Program-made: the position numbers and the translations under genes
IMG/VR virus record: IMGVR_UViG_3300022752_004330
Location: 1-64,000 of that record
Length of the DNA stretch: 64,000 bases
Strand: one strand, 5' to 3'
Source: a virus
Shown here: in pieces, positions 6,832 to 16,326 of the stretch
Layout: each line of letters opens with the position of its first letter
Numbering within the stretch: position 1 is the first letter of the stretch
Notes under the pieces: model-generated
Told to the model about the DNA's origin: nothing
What the model saw: the letters and a program-made list of their open reading frames with translations, nothing else
Databases searched by the model: none

Positions 6832-7398
6832 ATGGAATCATTAGTAGGAAAACTATTAGTAGCAAGACCAGGATTACGAGAAAGTATATTTGCTCGAAGC
6901 CTAGTCATTATCTGCAGTCATGATGCACAAGGAGCATGGGGTCTCATAGTAAATTCTCCAATAGAAAACACTGAGCGTTGTACTCAGGTATGGGATTATC
7001 TAGGATATTCTCAAGGAGCGCCCTTTGGCATGGATTTATGGTTAGGAGGTCCAGTATTGCCTGACAGAGTCATAGTCATGCATGATCTTTCCTGGCGTGG
7101 ACCAGCCACACAGCCCTTGGTTAATAATCTAGGCATCACACAGGATCCTTCAATATTTCAAGCTCTGCATCATGGTCATGGGCCCAGAGATTACAAGATC
7201 TTTCTAGGTTTTGCCGCGTGGTCTCCGGGACAATTAGAAGGGGAGTTAGGTGGTCAAGCGCCCTGGACAGTTGAGCAGAGTTGGTTAATCAGTGCAGTGG
7301 GGGGTGATGAGATCATGAGTGTAGACAGTCAAGAAGAGCAGTGGTTTTCTGCGGTGCAGGGTGTCAGTCAGCGTTGGGCTGAGGGTATATTATCCTAG
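6832..7398 (+). CDS. YqgE/AlgH family protein (DUF179)
   Basis: LLVA.P, F.RS.V.IC.H...GAWGLIVN, GGPV, G.A.W.PGQLE.E...SW motifs. Confidence 0.9.
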   Translation: MESLVGKLLVARPGLRESIFARSLVIICSHDAQGAWGLIVNSPIENTERCTQVWDYLGYSQGAPFGMDLWLGGPVLPDRVIVMHDLSWRGPATQPLVNNLGITQDPSIFQALHHGHGPRDYKIFLGFAAWSPGQLEGELGGQAPWTVEQSWLISAVGGDEIMSVDSQEEQWFSAVQGVSQRWAEGILS

Positions 7399-7782
7399 GG
7401 ATTGATGATTTTTAATTTCTCTAAGAGTTGAGCCAGAGATTTCGTTGATCTGTTGTTTAATTCTAGCACGATTATCGTTTTGGAAATACACAGTACGACT
7501 AGCGGTGATAAATGATTCTCCAAAGTCCTGACGTTGTTCGCAAGCTCTTTTATAATCTTCTACCTGCCAAAGCACGCGATTAATCATTTTTAGTTCTTGT
7601 TGGCACACACGAACTCGTTCGTTAGTGATGTTCAGTGCTTGATAGATCTCTTCTAGTCTGGAGTGTTCTTTACGTATCCAACTTCGTTTTTCTGTGTCTT
7701 CGATCATTTCCAGTTTGATCTCTAATATAGTAATTTTATCTATCAGTTCGCCCAAACTGATCGGGCAGAGTATGTCATTCAT
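7390..7782 (-). CDS. DUF6165-like helical protein
   Basis: PISLGELIDKITILEIK...LWQVED.KR...VY..ND.RA.IK..IN pattern, typical of proteins found near glycosyltransferases. Confidence 0.75.
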   Translation of the reverse strand: MNDILCPISLGELIDKITILEIKLEMIEDTEKRSWIRKEHSRLEEIYQALNITNERVRVCQQELKMINRVLWQVEDYKRACEQRQDFGESFITASRTVYFQNDNRARIKQQINEISGSTLREIKNHQSLG

Positions 7783-7793
7783 CTTAGGTCATC

Positions 7794-8543
7794 CTAGGGT
7801 TGAGGTTGAAAAATCACAGCCTGTTTTTTGAGATCAGGGTTAGGTAGCCACTGCCAGTGCATGACATGCTGTGGTGTTAGTTGTATGTGATGCTGTGGAA
7901 TAAAGTATTTTTCCACGGGTATTTTCAGTTGATCCACTAGATTAGCAAATACTGAATCAGTCATGATCAGAGCTTCTGCTTGTTCAATCACAGTGAGCCA
8001 GTCAAAGATCCAACCTTGTGTGGTTATGGGTATCACACGATATTCTGGGGGTATGAGGTCTGGAGGTAATCGCACAGTTTGTTCACTCGAAGTCAAATGA
8101 GTGATCACGTAGGGTTCTTTAATCTCTAAACTCTGTTTGAGCAGAGTTTCTCTCTGAAGATCACGCACTATGCAGTCTTTGAGTTGCCATTTTTCTTCAA
8201 AACTCACTCCTGCTCGGAGATATTTGTAGCGATCAAAACTCACATGTTGAAAATATGGCTCTGCTCCAAACTCGGGATGTCCGGTTAGGCTGTTGTATAG
8301 ACAGATCACTTCGTCTACGCCCACGTCCTTGAGTATGGCCTGAGGTAAGTCATAGTAAAAAAGATGACCGTCATCTTTCACTGCATGCCATGTACACCAT
8401 CTAGCATGATGTCTCAGCTGTGCTACCCACGAGTCGGTCACGCACCAATGTACTTCCCAGCCCAGACGATGATAATGATGTGCTATGGGCAGAGCGATGA
8501 TTATGTCGCCCAGGCCTCTGCTCTGTATGATACCTAGTTTCAT
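7794..8543 (-). CDS. Putative glycosyltransferase (GT9/heptosyltransferase-like)
   Basis: N-terminal RGLGDIIIALP, C-terminal IMTDSVFANL; start reassigned to 8543. Confidence 0.65.
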   Translation of the reverse strand: MKLGIIQSRGLGDIIIALPIAHHYHRLGWEVHWCVTDSWVAQLRHHARWCTWHAVKDDGHLFYYDLPQAILKDVGVDEVICLYNSLTGHPEFGAEPYFQHVSFDRYKYLRAGVSFEEKWQLKDCIVRDLQRETLLKQSLEIKEPYVITHLTSSEQTVRLPPDLIPPEYRVIPITTQGWIFDWLTVIEQAEALIMTDSVFANLVDQLKIPVEKYFIPQHHIQLTPQHVMHWQWLPNPDLKKQAVIFQPQP

Positions 8544-9307
8544 TGAAAATAATCTCCACGAGGATGATCTGGAAAGTAACATTCATTACGAACCAAGGGT
8601 AGATCGGCTCGTGCTTCACAGGCATATTCAATACCTAACCCTATGGCCAAACTCAGTGCCAGGCTCTGATTGCCTATGAATTGATCTGCACCGGCGATGA
8701 TTTCTGCCATGTGATTGATATTTTCAGTGTGTTCATAAGGAATACGCCACGCCATCTCACTACAAAAACTATGATATTCTTCCTCCAGGCCAATGAACAC
8801 GCTGTGATCTTCAGCTCCTTGTTGTTTAATTTGGTCCCAACTAGCTCGAGCCCCCGGACTTTGCCAACGCGGAGTACGATTGATAATCACTGATCTATTC
8901 TCTATGCGTCTGGCTCGTTTCACAGTTAACCATGGTGTGTCACGCAGGATTTTTTGAGTCTTGGGTTCTATATTAAACAGACCACTGAACATGTCCACAT
9001 AATTACCAGGATGATTGACAAACAAGGGCCTGAACCTATCTAGGTTATGCGTGATTTCCTTGTCTGCTGTGAAAGGTTCAAAACAGGTGATGTAGGGTTG
9101 AGCCAGCATGAATTCACGTAGTTGTAGATAATCTTCTTCTGTCATTCTACCACGATGAAAGGGCAGGGGTTGACCCCCATAGTAATGCTGAACTATCCAA
9201 TCTATCTGATTCAAGTGCAGATAAAACTCACCTCCACCTAGATGTTTGACCACGGCTAGGCTATAGATAATATCACCATGTGTGCCTGAATGCTTGAAAC
9301 GTTTCAT
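8540..9307 (-). CDS. Putative glycosyltransferase (GT9-like)
   Basis: HSGTHGDIIYSL and IAGADQFIGNQSLALSLA motifs. Confidence 0.65.
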   Translation of the reverse strand: MKRFKHSGTHGDIIYSLAVVKHLGGGEFYLHLNQIDWIVQHYYGGQPLPFHRGRMTEEDYLQLREFMLAQPYITCFEPFTADKEITHNLDRFRPLFVNHPGNYVDMFSGLFNIEPKTQKILRDTPWLTVKRARRIENRSVIINRTPRWQSPGARASWDQIKQQGAEDHSVFIGLEEEYHSFCSEMAWRIPYEHTENINHMAEIIAGADQFIGNQSLALSLAIGLGIEYACEARADLPLVRNECYFPDHPRGDYFQ

Positions 9308-9398
9308 TGATTTGCTCGTTATTAGTTTATTATCTTAGTATTTAATAGTCAAGGTTCTTGGGTTAAGAATTTCATTATCTACCAATAAATATGTGATC

Positions 9399-12300
9399 AT
9401 GCCAACCTACGCCTTTACCAACCCCTCAAGCACACAAAGTCAAACCGAAGGTTCATCATTGACCTTCACTGTAACCACCTCTGGAGTGAGCAATGGTACG
9501 GAGTTATATTGGGCCGCCTTGGCCATAGGCACTGCTGATAGATATGACATAGTAGATCCCAGTCCGCCCTTGGGTTCTACCACCGTTCAAAGTAACCAAG
9601 CCACTATCACTGTGATTGCTGCGCAGGATTGGTTGACACCAGAGTCAGGTGAAGGGTATTTTTTAAGATTATATATCAGTCAGAGTGATCGAGATTCGTT
9701 TATAAATCATCTAGCAGAAAGCGTGAGTATCACCTTGACAGATCAACCCCCTGGTAACCAAACTGACCTCACTGCGAACCTAGCCACCTACATCAGTGCC
9801 AGCGCAACTAGTTTTGCTGATGTGAATACCTTGACCACGGGTGAAGTTTCATGGACAGGTGCAGGAGCCACTATTAATGTGACCAGCTATGGTGCAGTGG
9901 GCAATGGTGTGACTGACTGTACAGCCAGTATAATCACAGCCCTAGGCAATGTCAGCAGTTATGGTACGCTGTATTTTCCCGCGGGCACTTACATAGTCAC
10001 TGGTACATTGAATTTGCCCAGTAACATACGCCTATTAGGAGATACCACTGGATTAACAGTGATCAAGTTGGGCGCAGGCATGGGTGCTGCCACTAGATTA
10101 TTTCAAAATAGCACGTTCAATGGTCTAGCGGGTACATATACTCAGACTGATATCTGTTTTGAAAATATTGTATTAGATGGTAATCTCAATGCCAGTAGAA
10201 CAGAATATCTACTAGCACTCATACAGGTAAACGGTGTGAAGATTATCAAATGTGGGTTTATTAATCATACCTACATCACAGTGACCTTGGCAGGCTGTAA
10301 GAACGTGGATATCTGGGGATCTAAGTTTGCAGTGTGCGGAATACCCTTGCCCAACACTGTGAGTTCACCTGCACTGTTTGTGGGTGGGTCAGCTAACTAT
10401 GCAGGAGCCTGTACCTTTGTTCGAGTGAATCGTTGTGTGTTTAGGAATAACCTATGGAGTGGTATATATTTCTTTCCCAAAAACGCCAGTGTGCAAAATA
10501 GTTTGTTTGTTAATAACGGTGAAAGCTCGATATTTGTCAACGACACAGGAGAAAATCAGACCTTTCTCAACAATTATATCTATGGCGCTACTAGATCCAA
10601 CATTTCAGCCAGCGGATTGGAACTAGGTGGTACCAACATAGTAGCACGTAATAATTTTCTTAGAAACAATGGTAGTGATGGGATCAGTTTGACCAATGTC
10701 AAGCGTGCTTTGGTAGAAGGTAATACCATGTATAACAATGCACAGGAAGTGGCCTATGCAAGTTTTGCCAATGCCAGTGGGGTTGGTATATATACCATAC
10801 AGACTACCACAGAATTTGCGGAAAATGTCATAGTTAGATATAACAGAATGTACAACAGCTCGGGTACCACACCGCAGCAGGGTGGTGTGGTATTTTATAA
10901 AAATCTTACCAATCTAGTAGAAACTACAGAAATATCTAATAATAACATATTCAATCACGCACAGGGTAGTTTTATCAATATCAATGGTAATAGTTATAAC
11001 CCTGCCACTGTGACTTTTAATAATAATATCAGCAACTCAGGTGACCTATCTAGTGGAGCCAGCGTGGTAGCCACAGTGAATACCTTTGTAGCTTCTGCCA
11101 GTGCTAGTTATTCTGTAAGCAGTAACACAGTGAGTATAACAGAAGGTAGTTCTGTAACTTTTACCATTACAACTACCAATGTACCAGATGGAACTACTTT
11201 ATATTGGACCAATGCTGGTACCACAGTGGCCGCTGACTTTGTGGGTAACATAAACAGTGGAAGTTTCACAGTTTCTGGAAATCTTGGTTCAGTTACTCTA
11301 ACTGCCCTATCAGATGGTAGTGCAGAGGGCACAGAAACTCTGATCTTTCAAGTAAGGCTGCTCAGCACTGCGGGCACAGTGGTAGCCACAGCGGCCACAG
11401 TGAGTATAGGTGACGCAGGTGGAGCTACCTATGCAGTTTCTCCAAGCACACCAACTGTGGTAGAAGGCAACTCCGTTACCTACACAATAACCACTACTGC
11501 TGTGGCCAATGGAACTACGTTGTACTGGACCAATGCAGGAACAACCACAGGAGCAGATTTTTCAGGTGGTGCCAACAATGGTAGTTTTGTTATTAATTCT
11601 AATAGTGGATCAGTGGTCCTAACCTTGGTCAGTGACGCCACTGTAGAACTAGGTGAAACTATTATTCTACAGATACGCACTACCAGCATAGCAGGCCCCA
11701 TAGTGGCCACTGCTAGTACGGTGGCAGTGGTTGACCCAACAGGCACTACATTTCCTGCTAGCACCAGTTCGCTGGCCACAGCAACAAATTATAATGAATT
11801 AGTCTCAAGGATAGATCAGGTAGCAGGATTAAATGATTTTGCCTATGGTAGACGTGACCTATTGGGTATTCCAGTGACTACAGGAACCAGAGTTACTAGG
11901 TTACAGTGGATAAATCTCATAGCAGACATTAATAAAATTAATATTCATCAGCGTAATGCCAAGTTAATTAACGTGGGTGAATTTGCTGTTACTCCGACCA
12001 CAGCCACTTGGCAAATGAACACACTAACAGCCATAAGCACGGTGAGTTACATCAGCATACCTGGGTTTTTATATGATGCAGTAGGCGTAAATGCGGTAAA
12101 CACCGCGGTTAATGTAATATCCACAAACACCTATACTGTACATAGTACGCAGCTTACTGCCTTGGCTAGCAATGGTATACGCTCAACTAGCACAGTGTTT
12201 ACCAATACAGGGATCAGTCAGGTCATACAGGCCAAATGGCCTAATAGCAGCACAGCAAAATATTTTTTCAATCTAGGAGGAGCCATACAGTTAGCAGTGA

Positions 12301-12602
12301 CCTGTACTGGCAGCACCAGTACTCAAGAAGATGTTGTTATTCAACAGCTATTGGCCAGAGTGAGCACACTTACTTCTGTGACCAGTTTTGGTAGGAATAA
12401 TTACTTGACAACGCCAACGAACACAGGAACCTGGACTACCTATGCTTTTTCCGGTACTTACAATTATGTAAGGGTAAGGGTAGAAACTTATAAAACAGAA
12501 ACCAGTGTGCTCATGGCTTTGAGTATAACCAATACCAGCACAGCAGTGACTAATTATACCAGCCCAAATGGTAGTAATTGGAACAATCCTGTGTTCTTAT
12601 AA
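9399..12602 (+). CDS. Tail fibre/spike with pectate-lyase-3 right-handed beta-helix and Calx-beta-like repeats
   Basis: INVTSYGAVGNGVTDCT...LYFPAGTY motif, Asn-rich helix rungs, three EG.S.TFT.TT..V..GT.LYW repeats; probable start ATG 9399. Confidence 0.8.
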   Translation: MPTYAFTNPSSTQSQTEGSSLTFTVTTSGVSNGTELYWAALAIGTADRYDIVDPSPPLGSTTVQSNQATITVIAAQDWLTPESGEGYFLRLYISQSDRDSFINHLAESVSITLTDQPPGNQTDLTANLATYISASATSFADVNTLTTGEVSWTGAGATINVTSYGAVGNGVTDCTASIITALGNVSSYGTLYFPAGTYIVTGTLNLPSNIRLLGDTTGLTVIKLGAGMGAATRLFQNSTFNGLAGTYTQTDICFENIVLDGNLNASRTEYLLALIQVNGVKIIKCGFINHTYITVTLAGCKNVDIWGSKFAVCGIPLPNTVSSPALFVGGSANYAGACTFVRVNRCVFRNNLWSGIYFFPKNASVQNSLFVNNGESSIFVNDTGENQTFLNNYIYGATRSNISASGLELGGTNIVARNNFLRNNGSDGISLTNVKRALVEGNTMYNNAQEVAYASFANASGVGIYTIQTTTEFAENVIVRYNRMYNSSGTTPQQGGVVFYKNLTNLVETTEISNNNIFNHAQGSFININGNSYNPATVTFNNNISNSGDLSSGASVVATVNTFVASASASYSVSSNTVSITEGSSVTFTITTTNVPDGTTLYWTNAGTTVAADFVGNINSGSFTVSGNLGSVTLTALSDGSAEGTETLIFQVRLLSTAGTVVATAATVSIGDAGGATYAVSPSTPTVVEGNSVTYTITTTAVANGTTLYWTNAGTTTGADFSGGANNGSFVINSNSGSVVLTLVSDATVELGETIILQIRTTSIAGPIVATASTVAVVDPTGTTFPASTSSLATATNYNELVSRIDQVAGLNDFAYGRRDLLGIPVTTGTRVTRLQWINLIADINKINIHQRNAKLINVGEFAVTPTTATWQMNTLTAISTVSYISIPGFLYDAVGVNAVNTAVNVISTNTYTVHSTQLTALASNGIRSTSTVFTNTGISQVIQAKWPNSSTAKYFFNLGGAIQLAVTCTGSTSTQEDVVIQQLLARVSTLTSVTSFGRNNYLTTPTNTGTWTTYAFSGTYNYVRVRVETYKTETSVLMALSITNTSTAVTNYTSPNGSNWNNPVFL

Positions 12603-12625
12603 ATAATTACGAGGACAACATATTC

Positions 12626-12940
12626 ATGGCAGCGCAGACATTTACGCTTTATAATAATGGAGCAGTGAGTTTAACCATTACTGGGATACAATTTAATACC
12701 CCAAGTCAAGTTACTCACGCGGCCAATCTCAGTAATTTTAATGGTGGCACCACTGCTTTTACAGGTACTACTTTTGCCACAACAACCATAATTGCCACAG
12801 GTGGTACTAAGACCATGACTGTGGATCATTACAGAACAACCAGCACAGCAGGAACCTATGGAGGGACCATAGTGGTAACTGCGTTTAATGGAACAACCAG
12901 CACAACAGCTACAATTACTACTAGCTTTGTTGTTAGTTAA
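12626..12940 (+). CDS. Small Ig-like (ASH/choice-of-anchor-D-like) virion protein
   Basis: FTLYNNG...LTITGI...IATGGTKTMTV pattern; GAGGA RBS before ATG 12626. Confidence 0.55.
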   Translation: MAAQTFTLYNNGAVSLTITGIQFNTPSQVTHAANLSNFNGGTTAFTGTTFATTTIIATGGTKTMTVDHYRTTSTAGTYGGTIVVTAFNGTTSTTATITTSFVVS

Positions 12941-12945
12941 AAATC

Positions 12946-13983
12946 ATGCCTGATATCCTTGACGAAGAACTACTGGCGTTGCAAGAAGGTGGTGGTGGCG
13001 GTGGTGGCGATTGGGGAGGTGAAGGATTTGGTAGTGACGGCGTGGGGGATGCCTCGGGCCTAGATAGCTATGGCGGGAATGATTATATTGACGCTGCTAA
13101 TATTCCAGACGGCAATAGTGTCACAGTAACAGCGTCAAGAGATGATGATCTAGCCGATTTATTTGCCTTAGGTGATGGTGATGATTATTCTACAGGTGAT
13201 GTAACTGGTAGCGATCTTGACCCGCTGTTGGCTGACCTACTTAATCCTTTAGACGTAGATGTAGACCCAGATGCTGTGGTTACAGAAGTCATAAGTGATA
13301 GCATAGCCACCGGTTCCTTGAGCTATGGAGGACTTTTGGTCATACTGCCCTATATTTCTTTTGGCAGTACAGCAGTTATCACAGAATCAGATGGCGTAGT
13401 CAGTGAAAGTCTAGGAACAGATAGTGGTTATCCTGGCACAGGAGGAGTTGTAGGTGAAGGCTATACCACAGTTGAAAATTTTCTACAAACCTATCGAATA
13501 ACTAATAGTGGATTAAACACAGCTTATGTTAGATCTATTACTTTTGACACACCAGATGGTATAAGTCATCTAGCAGATCTTTCAGCATTCAGTGGTGGCT
13601 CAGCTGGGTTTACATCAGAAAGTTTTGCCACAAATACCAGTGTAGCAGCAGGCAGTTCTAAGACTTTTACTGTGGCCTATAATTATCTCTATGGTGGCGT
13701 TGGAGTAAGACAGGGATTTATCACAGTGAGAGGTTCAAGTGGTGTTGAACTAACTATCAGAGTAACCATAGTGATAACAGAAACTGGAATTACCGTAGGC
13801 GGATCTACTATAAGCAGTGGAGGTAGTTCCGGTGGAATTTACATACCTCCTGCTGAAGGTTCAGCAGGCGAAGGAACCGGCACTGAAACCGGCACTGAAA
13901 CCGGCACTGAAACCGGCACTGAGTCAGGTTCAGAAGCTGGCGCCGAAGGTGGCGCCGAAGGTGGCGGTGGAGCAGAAATGTAA
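12946..13983 (+). CDS. Acidic Gly-rich protein with an Ig-like domain
   Basis: Asp/Gly-rich N-terminus, Ig-like module paralogous to 12626, TGTE repeats at the C-terminus. Confidence 0.65.
   Translation: MPDILDEELLALQEGGGGGGGDWGGEGFGSDGVGDASGLDSYGGNDYIDAANIPDGNSVTVTASRDDDLADLFALGDGDDYSTGDVTGSDLDPLLADLLNPLDVDVDPDAVVTEVISDSIATGSLSYGGLLVILPYISFGSTAVITESDGVVSESLGTDSGYPGTGGVVGEGYTTVENFLQTYRITNSGLNTAYVRSITFDTPDGISHLADLSAFSGGSAGFTSESFATNTSVAAGSSKTFTVAYNYLYGGVGVRQGFITVRGSSGVELTIRVTIVITETGITVGGSTISSGGSSGGIYIPPAEGSAGEGTGTETGTETGTETGTESGSEAGAEGGAEGGGGAEM
13876..13923 (+). repeat. 12-bp coding tandem repeat (ACCGGCACTGAA x4; TGTE)
   Basis: Read directly. Confidence 0.85.
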
Positions 13984-14026
13984 CCAAATCCGTTAAATTT
14001 TCTTTTTTTCTACCATAAGTACGAAC

Positions 14027-15664
14027 ATGAATTTAAAAGAACAAGTTCGTCGCCACCTAGTAAATCACGCTGTGATATTTGGTGATAATATACAGAACAA
14101 GCGTTGGCAATATTTTTTAGATATAAGACAGGCTCTGTTGACTGGAGGAATTTTAGCCAGTGCAGGTGAATTAGTTTGGCAACAAATCAAAAAATACCAA
14201 CCAGATATTCTAGTAGGTCAGGGCATAGGCGCTATGAACTTGTTAGTTGCCACGCAGATTGCCGCAGAGAAACAAAACTACAAGGTCAATACTTTGGTTT
14301 CACGTGAAGCTAGAAAAATGAGGCAGCGTCATAGATTAGTTGAAGGGCCTAGACCCAAGAATGGTGCCAGAGCTATTTTTGTAGATGATTCTATGGTAAT
14401 GGGCACAACTTATACTAAACTACAGGAAAATTTAAAAGAAGAAGGTATCCAAATAGATATCTGTGCGGCTGTTATATTCTATGATTTTTATAGACAATAT
14501 GGTAGTAGACGTTTAGAAATATTAGGATTACCAATAGAGCGTGTTTTTACAAGACATGATCTGGGATTAACCAGAATAGATCCAAAAAATAGACCGATTG
14601 AAAAACAATTAGCATGGAGGAATCTCAGTTATGCACAATGGGCCGAAAAGAAATATGTACAATGTCCTCCTATTATACATAATGAATTTGTATTATTTGC
14701 CACTGATAACCATGAGGTATTTTGCCATAGGTTAAATGATGGAGAGCTAATTTGGTCCTGGCAAGGATCTAACCCAACCATGGAAAAAGGCATAGGCAGT
14801 CAACTTGTCATAGCTAATAATAGAGTATACTTTTCAAGCTATGACGGAAATAGTTATTGTTTAGATTTAAGCACAGGTGTAGAAATTTGGGCAATGAGAT
14901 TAGATATGTTTTTACATAGTACTCCCTATGTTAATACTAAGGCAGGAGAATTATATCTAGGAACAGAAGGCGGGCTACAATATACAAGAGGTGATATAGT
15001 CTGTCAAGACATGGAAACTGGTTTAGTTAAGTGGAGATTTCCTACTCGGCATGTTATTCCGGCCAGTCCATTTCTCTTTAATGATCAAGTTATCTGTTGC
15101 AGCAATGATGGGTTTATCTATAGTATAACACAGGGCAGATTAAATTGGTCAAAGTTCATTGGAGTGAGCAAAGGTAGACCGGCTAGTTATAATAATAAAT
15201 TATTTGTGGTCACGGAAGAAGGTAGACTACTAGCAATGGACACTTTTGGAAATATTTTATGGGAACGTTGTTGTGGGATAAAAACCATTCATCAATTTCT
15301 TCAGATCCATTCTAGCGGATTAATCTACGTAGGAAACCAAGAAGGATCAGTTATAGCATTTGATAGTCTAGGTAACCAAATATGGATCAGAGTAATTAGA
15401 GGCCCTGCTTGGTTTAATTTAAAATTATATAACGATGAACTGGCTGTGATTGCGCAGAATGGTTATGCTGTGATACTTGATGCTTTGACAGGTTACAAAC
15501 AAGAACAAAGTTGGTTAAAATATCCGGTACAAAGCCCACCTGATTTTAATGAAGATTACTTTATAGTTCATAGTGCAGATAGAGGGCTATTTGTTTATCT
15601 TAGACAAACATATGACGTGCCTAGCCCCCAGGCAAATTTAGATTATGTAAATTATGCCAATTAA
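14027..15664 (+). CDS. Type I phosphoribosyltransferase (OPRT-like) fused to a PQQ/BamB-like beta-propeller
   Basis: PRPP loop AIFVDDSMVMGTT in the N-terminal ~180 aa; repeated ..D..TG...W blades C-terminally. Confidence 0.75.
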   Translation: MNLKEQVRRHLVNHAVIFGDNIQNKRWQYFLDIRQALLTGGILASAGELVWQQIKKYQPDILVGQGIGAMNLLVATQIAAEKQNYKVNTLVSREARKMRQRHRLVEGPRPKNGARAIFVDDSMVMGTTYTKLQENLKEEGIQIDICAAVIFYDFYRQYGSRRLEILGLPIERVFTRHDLGLTRIDPKNRPIEKQLAWRNLSYAQWAEKKYVQCPPIIHNEFVLFATDNHEVFCHRLNDGELIWSWQGSNPTMEKGIGSQLVIANNRVYFSSYDGNSYCLDLSTGVEIWAMRLDMFLHSTPYVNTKAGELYLGTEGGLQYTRGDIVCQDMETGLVKWRFPTRHVIPASPFLFNDQVICCSNDGFIYSITQGRLNWSKFIGVSKGRPASYNNKLFVVTEEGRLLAMDTFGNILWERCCGIKTIHQFLQIHSSGLIYVGNQEGSVIAFDSLGNQIWIRVIRGPAWFNLKLYNDELAVIAQNGYAVILDALTGYKQEQSWLKYPVQSPPDFNEDYFIVHSADRGLFVYLRQTYDVPSPQANLDYVNYAN

Positions 15665-15682
15665 GCTAGCAAAGGAAAAAAT

Positions 15683-16318
15683 ATGTATTATCTTGTATTA
15701 GATTGTTCTTGCAACAGAGTAATATATTTCACAGATACTAGTGCTGTGAGATTAACCCTCAACCAACATGTATACCTCAGAGAGTGGGATGCTGATCTTC
15801 CTGTGGGCATGAGTATAAAGAACTGTTGGGATTGGAAATTAATTGGTAACAAATTAATCTTAGATCAAGGATTAAACAAAAATATCAAGAAAAGTCTAAT
15901 CGAGCAAAATAAAGAAAAAATGCTTAAATTCTTAACTGAACGAGTTAATCATTTACGAAAACCCTTTTTGCCAACCTGTAGCGAAGGATATTATTTAAGA
16001 TCCATTAAATTAAAAGAAGCTATTAATGGTGGAGGACCTTTATTAGAAATCATAGCTAAAAATAAAAGTTATGAGTTAACGACAGAAATAAATGAAGTGC
16101 TTGCGGCAAATAAAAGATACAAGTACATCATGCTAAAAACAGAAATATTTCGAGAATTATATAAAGAAAAAATTCATTTGGCGCAGACTAACGAAGAAGT
16201 TTATAAAATTAGAGACGAAATTGCAGAATTTGTCATAGATTCTAAACGACTTCAAGAAGTAATGGGTGATGTCATGCAATTAGTCAAGGTTCCAAATATA
16301 GATAGTGATAGTAAATAG
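15683..16318 (+). CDS. Hypothetical protein, possibly tail-fibre assembly-like
   Basis: 211 aa with helical C-terminus; located among virion genes. Confidence 0.5.
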   Translation: MYYLVLDCSCNRVIYFTDTSAVRLTLNQHVYLREWDADLPVGMSIKNCWDWKLIGNKLILDQGLNKNIKKSLIEQNKEKMLKFLTERVNHLRKPFLPTCSEGYYLRSIKLKEAINGGGPLLEIIAKNKSYELTTEINEVLAANKRYKYIMLKTEIFRELYKEKIHLAQTNEEVYKIRDEIAEFVIDSKRLQEVMGDVMQLVKVPNIDSDSK

Positions 16319-16326
16319 TATATACC

